DNA of 15,862 nt from Octopus sinensis (Eukaryota), in NCBI RefSeq assembly GCF_006345805.1, contig NW_021825369.1, forward strand, positions 1-15,862. The letters are read 5' to 3'. Position 1 is the stretch's first letter, and the number at the start of each line of letters is the position of its first letter. Made by a program: the position numbers and the translations under genes. Shown piece after piece: positions 10,314 through 15,862 of the stretch. Below the pieces are notes generated by a model that searched no databases, was not told the origin of the DNA, and was given only the letters and a program-made list of their open reading frames with translations.

Positions 10314-10497
10314 GCACACACACACATAAACAGATGGACTTCTACATAATTTTTGTCTACCAAATTCACTCACATGGCTTTAGTCATCCCGGAACCATAG
10401 CAGAAGGCACTTACTTAAGACGCCGTGCAGTGGAACTGAACCCGAAACTACGTTGTTGCAAGCGAGTTTCTTCACCACACAGCCATTCCTACGCCTA
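10176..10497 (-). mobile_element. Older diverged SINE family B copy, 3'-truncated
   Basis: TTTGCCGAACCGCTAAG..GGTTGTCAAGCGATG, internal (CA)n(CG)n(CA)n, GTCTACCAAATTCACTCAC..GGAACTGAACCCG..ACCACACAGCCATTCCT. Confidence 0.8.
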
Positions 10498-10687
10498 CCA
10501 AGCCCGAAAAAAATGAAGGAAAGAAAAGAAAAATGATGAGATAGAAGACTAGATTAAGTGTCTTTCTTCCTAGATTGCTTCAATGGCAGCTAATGTGGGC
10601 ACAAAGAAAAACAACCTTAACAATAATGGCAATAACAACCATCATCACAACAACAACAACTTGTTACAGAGGCCCATTCTTCTAGAT

Positions 10688-10888
10688 CAGTGGTTTTCAA
10701 CCAGGGTTCCGCCAGTACAGTCCAGGGGTTCCGCAAGAAGTTACAAAAATGCTAAAATCGACAGTAATTTTTAATTCTCCTGTGCAGATATGTGTGCATA
10801 GGACAATTAAATTATTGCACAGGGGTTCCTCGAGCCAGTGAAATGTTTTCTTAGGGTTCCGCTCCAGCATAAAGTTTGAAAAGCACTG
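10688..10888. mobile_element. 201-bp non-autonomous hAT (Charlie/MER1-like) MITE
   Basis: Terminal inverted repeats (TIRs) CAGTGGTTTTCAACC / GTTTGAAAAGCACTG (13/15 match). Perfect 8-bp TSD TTCTAGAT at 10680-10687 and 10889-10896, fitting the NTCTAGAN target of hAT-Charlie elements. Confidence 0.92.
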
Positions 10889-11040
10889 TTCTAGATACTT
10901 TGAATATCCTCCAAAATGTGACCGTTAAAGCACTCAGCGAAAGTACGGTACCCCCTATTAAATCATGCTCGTTATGGCTACGTATATTTGTGCGTATGCG
11001 TGCGTGCGTGTGAGAGTTGAATAGATTTCCCAGGACGCTC

Positions 11041-11248
11041 CTCTCTCTTTTTACTCTTTTACTTGTTTCAGTCATTTGACTGCGGCCATGCTGGAGCACC
11101 GCTTTTAGTCGAGCAAATCGACCCCGGGACTTATTCTTTGTAAGCCCAGTACTTATTCTATCGGTCTCTTTTGCCGAACCGCTAAGTGACGGGAACGTAA
11201 ACACACCAGCATCGGTTGTCAAGCAATGTTAGGGGGACAAATACAGAC

Positions 11249-11289
<41 letters not shown>

Positions 11290-11440
11290 CGACAGGCTTC
11301 TTTCAGTTTCTGTCTACCAAATCCACTCACAAGGCATTGGTCGGCCCGGGGCTATTGCCCAAGATGCCACGCAGTGGAACTGAACCCGGAACCATGTGGT
11401 TGGTTAGCAAGCTACTTACCACACAGCCACTCCTGCTCCT
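11041..11440 (-). mobile_element. SINE family B, near full length
   Basis: Closely matches 1197-1662; shorter internal (CA)/(TA) tract; lacks 13 nt (AGCAGAAGACACT) in the CORE-like segment. Confidence 0.92.
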
Positions 11441-11815
11441 GTTATTATTTTTTTGCAAACCCGTAAGTAAAGCAACTCTTCTTGCAGAAAGATACTCTGA
11501 CATAAAACTTGCAGTTAAAATCGTACCAATCATCTTGCAATGTTTGTCACTGGAGCCTACTATTGCGACCGAGAGAGTGTCAAATATGCTGTACGAGCTT
11601 TTTGCCACTTATATCCAGTGACGTAGAGTTGACTTAACTATCATCTACTTCCTTGATATGTTTCGTACTTTATAAAACCCTATAGCGAAGGATTTCCGTG
11701 CACATGCAAGGATGAAAGTTAATCAGAACAATCAGACTGACAAGATGAGGCAATCATCATATACACATCATACATTTATTGCTTCGGCAATACAGTTACT
11801 ACAATCGTATATACA

Positions 11816-12042
11816 GCGAGCTGGCAGAAACGTTAGCACGCCGGGCGAAATGCTTAGCGGTACTTCGTCTGCCGTTACGTTGTGAGTTCAAATTCCGCCG
11901 AGGTCGACTTTGCCTTTCATCCTTTCAGGGTCTATAAATTAAGTACCAGTTACGCACTGGGGTCGATGTAATCGACTTAATACCTATGTCTGTCCTTATT
12001 TGTCCCCTCTGTGTTTAGCCCCTTGTGGGTAATAAAGAAATA
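11816..12042 (+). mobile_element. SINE family A, tail A, with 12-bp TSD
   Basis: TSD CGTATATACAGC at 11806-11817 and 12043-12054. Confidence 0.95.
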
Positions 12043-12050
12043 CGTATATA

Positions 12051-12677
12051 CAGCCGTGGGCCAAAAGTATTAGGCCACACCAAAGTTTTGAGGTTCTGCT
12101 ATCTCAATGTTAATGAAACTCGTGCACATGGTAGATTATGATATATTTCACAATATACAGTAGTTTTAATAACTGGTTGACCCTCCTTTAGCATCAATTA
12201 CCACTATTATACTGTACTGTACATATGCAACCAATTATGAGTAAGACCAACGTCCAAAATTAACTTATGTTTCCTTGATTATGCTAAGATACGTTGTAGA
12301 TACAGTTAATAAACAGTAAAATGCCTAAGGGAGTTGAGTGAGTGTGAGCGATGTCAAATCATAGGACATCATGATGATGGAATGTCTCAAAGGCAAATTG
12401 CCCTGAAGATGAAACGTTCTCGATGTGCGGTGCAAACGACTCTCAAGCGCTTCAGATGGACAAACGATGTGAAGACAATAAAAAGAACAGGTAGAAAAAA
12501 GATTACATCTCCTCGGATGTAAAGCGTTGTCGGAACTCTGTACGGACTTCAACGAGGCAAGTACTTCACAAATATCAACCAGAACTGCTAGAAGAAGGCT
12601 TGTGGAGTACGGTCTGAAAGGGTGTAAAGCCAGGAAGACGCCATGCTTTTCTGAAGTGAATATGGAAAAACGTCTTC
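12051..12677 (+). mobile_element. Truncated Tc1-family DNA transposon (left end only)
   Basis: TA|CAGCCGTGGGCCAAAAGTATT is a typical Tc1 terminus after a TA, followed by a transposase N-terminus. No right TIR was seen. Confidence 0.8.
12321..12677 (+). pseudogene. Tc1 transposase N-terminal DNA-binding region, disrupted
   Basis: MPKG, a frameshift, then LSECERCQIIGHHDDGMSQRQIALKMKRSRCAVQTTLKRF..KRTGRKKITS (paired-like HTH plus GRPR-like motif), a stop at 12520-12522, then ISTRTARRRLVEYGLKGCKARKTP..NMEKRL (second HTH). The DDE domain is missing. Confidence 0.85.
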
Positions 12678-12712
12678 ACTTGTTTCAGTCATTAGACTAC
12701 GGCCATGCTGGA
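12678..12712 (-). mobile_element. 35-nt 3'-end fragment of SINE family B capping the Tc1 truncation
   Basis: ACTTGTTTCAGTCATTAGACTACGGCCATGCTGGA matches 11061-11095. Confidence 0.75.
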
Positions 12713-13590
12713 ACAGATATGTGTGTGTGTGTGTGTATTTACATATATATATTTACACATATATGTATGTGCACAAACATATGCATTATACGTGTATTTT
12801 TGTGTGTATGAGCGCGCGCACACACGCGAGCGCACACAGATATACATATACATACAGATAAACGCATACACACCAAAACACCAGAGATAGGTTAAGGCGG
12901 AAGGATAAAGAAGGAAGTAACGGAATTACGAAACACAGTCTTCAGTATTGATTTCTCTCTTTAGCAGACTGCTCATTTGCCGAAGCGATAAAACAAGCGT
13001 CTTTTCCACTCTTCTAACCTTTCCACTACTCTCTTTGAATTTATTCCAAAAATTTTGTTTATTTTGAGGAAGAAATGAAACCATTACATGATTTACGGTG
13101 TATAGTGACTTCGTAGTGCTCTGAGATATGATTGTATCGCTGTAGAGTACCGCCTTCGGGTTGATAGTCAGTAGAATAGATCATTAATACAAGTGGTTAG
13201 TAACTTATCTTCAGTCTGGGAGCAACAATTTACCATTCATTATACTTTTTTTATTTATTGCCTTGGTTATTTTCGGTCTTGTTGCGTTCACGTAATTCTT
13301 GATTTAGGTTTTTTGCATAGGGATGAACGTTGAGCGACGAAAACGCTACGTAGCGGCATTTTACCGTTGTTCTTTATTGTAGACAGAGCACACACGCTCG
13401 CGTACGTGAGCATTTACATTCACGTATATTCACACATTTACTGATATATATTACATTTAACGCTATTTCGCAAGCTTCTTGTTAGTTAATTCCAGCCTGA
13501 CCAAGATTTGCGCACATCAGCAAACATACCATTTGCTCTCCTTATATCAATTGTTCTTGCTGGGCTGTGGATAATTGATTCGGCATTCAA

Positions 13591-13634
13591 AGCTGATGAA
13601 GTGTAATGACGCAGAAACGCATGCATCCTGGGCT
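13591..13634 (+). ncRNA. Minimal type I hammerhead ribozyme-like motif (decayed)
   Basis: AG-CUGAUGA-A-GUGU-AAUG-ACGC-A-GAAAC-GCAUGC-AUC-CU. Core boxes are intact, stem II has 4 bp, and stem III is the near-palindrome ACGCAUGC(A)U. Stem I has only 2 bp. Confidence 0.6.
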
Positions 13635-13789
13635 ACCGTGATGCCATTCACAGATCTTTTCTTCTTTTCTTTCATATTGTCAATTGATCGAATCAACTAG
13701 ACGACTGTTCTTGTCGATCCGATCAATGGTACAGACTGTTCTTGAAATTAACGCGCAAGTGGCTGAGCACTTCACAGAAACGCGTATCA

Positions 13790-13995
13790 TTAACGTAGTT
13801 CCCAGGGAGATTCAGTGTGACACAGAATATGACAAAGCTGGCCCCTTGAATTACAGGCACAATTCATTTTTGCCGAGTGAGTGGGTTGGAGAAACGTGAA
13901 ATAAGGTGTCTTGCTCGAAGACACAATACGTCGCCGAAAATCGAACTCACACATTATGATCGTGAGCCGAATACCCAAACCATTAAAGCACGCGC
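13790..13995 (-). mobile_element. Diverged tRNA-derived, CORE-like SINE (family D)
   Basis: Minus strand has GCGCGTG..AATGGTTTGGGTATTCGGCTCACGATC..GAGTTCGATT, then CORE-like TTGTGTCTTCGAGCAAGACACC. Confidence 0.7.
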
Positions 13996-14020
13996 TTTCA
14001 CGCGTTAATGTGACATAATG

Positions 14021-14025
<5 letters not shown>

Positions 14026-14095
<70 letters not shown>

Positions 14096-14123
14096 ATTTG
14101 TGTGTGTGTGTGTGTGTGTGTGT
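14026..14123. repeat. (TA)n then (TG)n microsatellite
   Basis: Directly visible; the (TG)n is the (CA)n tail of the adjacent minus-strand SINE. Confidence 0.95.
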
Positions 14124-14420
14124 GATCACGTGATCACGTGACTGACTAGACCATCAGATGTTGCTACACATCGCTGGTCACAATGCGTTCGCACTGTTTT
14201 AGCCTTCGAATGACGCCACCCCGCTGGCTAAGCGAGCAGGCCAACAGAAGAAGGAGTGAGGGAAAGTGTGCTGAAAGAGTACAGGAGGGATCACCACCCT
14301 CTGCCGGAGTCTCGTGGATCTTTAAGGTGTTTTCGCTCAATAAACACACACAACGCCCGGTCTGGGAATCGAAACCGTGATCCTACGACCGCGAGTTCGC
14401 TGCCCTAACCACTAGGCCAT
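14124..14420 (-). mobile_element. SINE family C, tail type 2, slightly 5'-truncated
   Basis: 14287-14420 is nearly identical to 3747-3883; the 3' part differs. Confidence 0.85.
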
Positions 14421-14437
14421 ATATATATTATATAAAT

Positions 14438-14476
<39 letters not shown>

Positions 14477-14510
14477 GAGAGAGAGAGAAGAGAGAAAGAG
14501 AGAGGAGAAA
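14421..14510. repeat. (TA)n then (GA)n microsatellite
   Basis: Directly visible. Confidence 0.9.
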
Positions 14511-14517
14511 GAGGGAA

Positions 14518-14560
14518 ATAAAACTTACTTGGAAATGAATGCGTTGGCGTTCGATCATAT
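14518..14560. repeat. Left arm of a ~43-bp long-range inverted repeat (partner 15813-15854)
   Basis: ATAAAACTTACTTGGAAATGAATGCGTTGGCGTTCGATCATAT versus the reverse complement of 15813-15854: 2 substitutions and 1 indel. Confidence 0.9.
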
Positions 14561-14569
14561 TAAAAATAA

Positions 14570-14616
14570 ATTATATATACATATAGTATATATATATATA
14601 TATATTATATATATAT

Positions 14617-14653
<37 letters not shown>

Positions 14654-14680
14654 TACATATATATATATATACATATATAT
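14570..14680. repeat. (TA)n microsatellite
   Basis: Directly visible. Confidence 0.9.
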
Positions 14681-14689
14681 TGCATAAGT

Positions 14690-15190
14690 ACAAAATTGCA
14701 TGTACCATACTTACATGAACTACAAAAACATGGAAAACGAACTTTTTTTGAACAATGAAAAAGCAAATAGAAAAACGAGAAACGAGACAGGCAACATAAA
14801 GAACAATCCCTTCATGAGTTGTCCACTGTTTTATCGACTCCGTATTTCGATCGTTAAGACAAGATGCGCCTTCGTCAAAACAGTCGCTCCCGCAAAGCAA
14901 ATTGAATAAAATTTGGGATTTGCGGAGGGTCAAAGTTGGTAACAAAAACAGGACAGCTGAAACAAACGGTTAGGGTTGTTAAGCCATAATGAGATGAAGT
15001 GGTGAACGCTAGAGAAACATGCTTTGACAGGAGACAGATAAAAATGCGTGCTATCCCTTGTAGCTGAACGAGAAAAAAGAAAGAAATTCGAGTTAGGTGA
15101 AGAAAGATGGCCGTGTGAGCAACGAGAGAATCAATCATGTTTTTGTATTTCATGTTCTCGATTTCATGTTGTTTAGGTTTTTTGACATCC
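14690..15190. mobile_element. Putative Penelope-like/retrozyme non-coding remnant
   Basis: Contains a decayed hammerhead-like motif at 14824-14886(-), a second core-like CUCAUGA at 14812-14818(-), and a 20-bp inverted repeat at 14713-14732 / 15136-15155. No RT coding sequence was seen. Confidence 0.35.
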
Positions 15191-15367
15191 TGTACCCATA
15201 TATGCATGTGTGTATACATATATATGTATGTACATGTATATATATATGCATATATACATACATACATACATACATACATACATACATACATGCATACATA
15301 CATACATACCACATACATACATTACATATATATATATATATAATATATATATATATATGTATATATA
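15191..15367. repeat. Compound (TA)/(TG)/(CATA)n microsatellite
   Basis: Directly visible. Confidence 0.9.
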
Positions 15368-15689
15368 GAAAAAAGTAAAGAGTAAAAAACTACAGAAGGC
15401 TTAAATGTTAAAAAATATATATATTTGCGTCAATATGTCTGAAGAATTATTAGAAAATTAAAAAAAAAAATTTCTCTTATAATGACATAATTTAAAAGAA
15501 AGACCGGTTTCGCGTGTAGCTTTTCAAATTTCTTACGCGAAACCGGTCTTTCTTTTAAATTATGTCATTATAAGAGAAAAAAATTTTTTTTAATTTTCTA
15601 ATATTCTTCAGACATATTGACGCAAATATATATATTTTTTAACATTTAAGCCTTCTGTAGTTTTTCACTCTTTACTTTTTTCTATATAT
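15361..15689. repeat. Near-perfect palindrome: 155-bp arms, 19-nt spacer
   Basis: 15361-15515 is the reverse complement of 15535-15689, apart from one substitution, a 1-nt indel and A/T homopolymer boundary differences. The spacer is GTAGCTTTTCAAATTTCTT. Confidence 0.97.
15496..15534 (-). ncRNA. Minimal type I hammerhead-like motif, U3:A8 variant, at the palindrome centre
   Basis: Minus strand reads AAGAAA-U-UUGAAAA-GC-UACAC-GC-GAAAC-CG-GUC-UUUCUU. Stem I has 6 bp with one extra U, stem II has 2 bp, stem III is the palindrome ACCGGU, and the triplet is GUC. Confidence 0.6.
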
Positions 15690-15812
15690 TCACCCACGTG
15701 CTTCAAAACCAGCTTTCTTATCTATATGTATATATATATATTATCAATACAGGGTGAAATAATAATTTGGAATATTTTGGTGTAAGTATATATATATATT
15801 ATTAATATTATT

Positions 15813-15854
15813 ATATGATCGAACGCCACGCATCCATTTCCAAGTATGTTTTAT
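15813..15854. repeat. Right arm of the long-range inverted repeat (partner 14518-14560)
   Basis: See 14518-14560. Confidence 0.9.
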
Positions 15855-15862
15855 CTTAATAA

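Noticed and set aside
11441-11621. Non-repetitive ends of ORFs 11226..11621 and 11327..11608
   Set aside because: Both ORFs run through a SINE, and the unique part has no recognisable homology.
13140-13215. Faint similarity to the family B 3' region (GAGTACCGCCTT..)
   Set aside because: Too diverged to set boundaries; at most an old SINE relic.
13320-13355. GGGATGA-ACGTTGAGCGAC-GAAAAC-GCTAC-GTA hammerhead-like order
   Set aside because: Two core mismatches, an extra A, and no stem I; too degenerate to call.
15434-15490. CTGAAGA..GAAA inside the palindrome arm
   Set aside because: No stem II, no stem III and no UH triplet in register; likely chance in AT-rich DNA.

Overview
AT-rich, microsatellite-dense, non-coding eukaryotic DNA. 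The tRNA-derived SINE families resemble octopus (coleoid cephalopod) repeats as I recall them; I could not check this against a database. No intact protein-coding gene is supported, and almost all listed ORFs are translations of microsatellites or SINEs. The window holds about 14 SINE copies or fragments from 4 families (several with clear target-site duplications, TSDs), a 201-bp hAT/Charlie-type MITE with a perfect 8-bp TSD, and a truncated Tc1 element with a broken transposase N-terminus. The ORF track does not show the most interesting signal: at least four minimal type I hammerhead-ribozyme (HHR) folds at 347-400(-), 6532-6572(-), 13591-13634(+) and 15496-15534(-), plus a more decayed one at 14824-14886(-). 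Two of them carry a compensatory U3:A8 core pair. Two sit in large fold-back inverted repeats, including a near-perfect palindrome with 155-bp arms whose 19-nt spacer is the 5' half of the ribozyme. This suggests Penelope-like/retrozyme-derived hairpin elements (inference).
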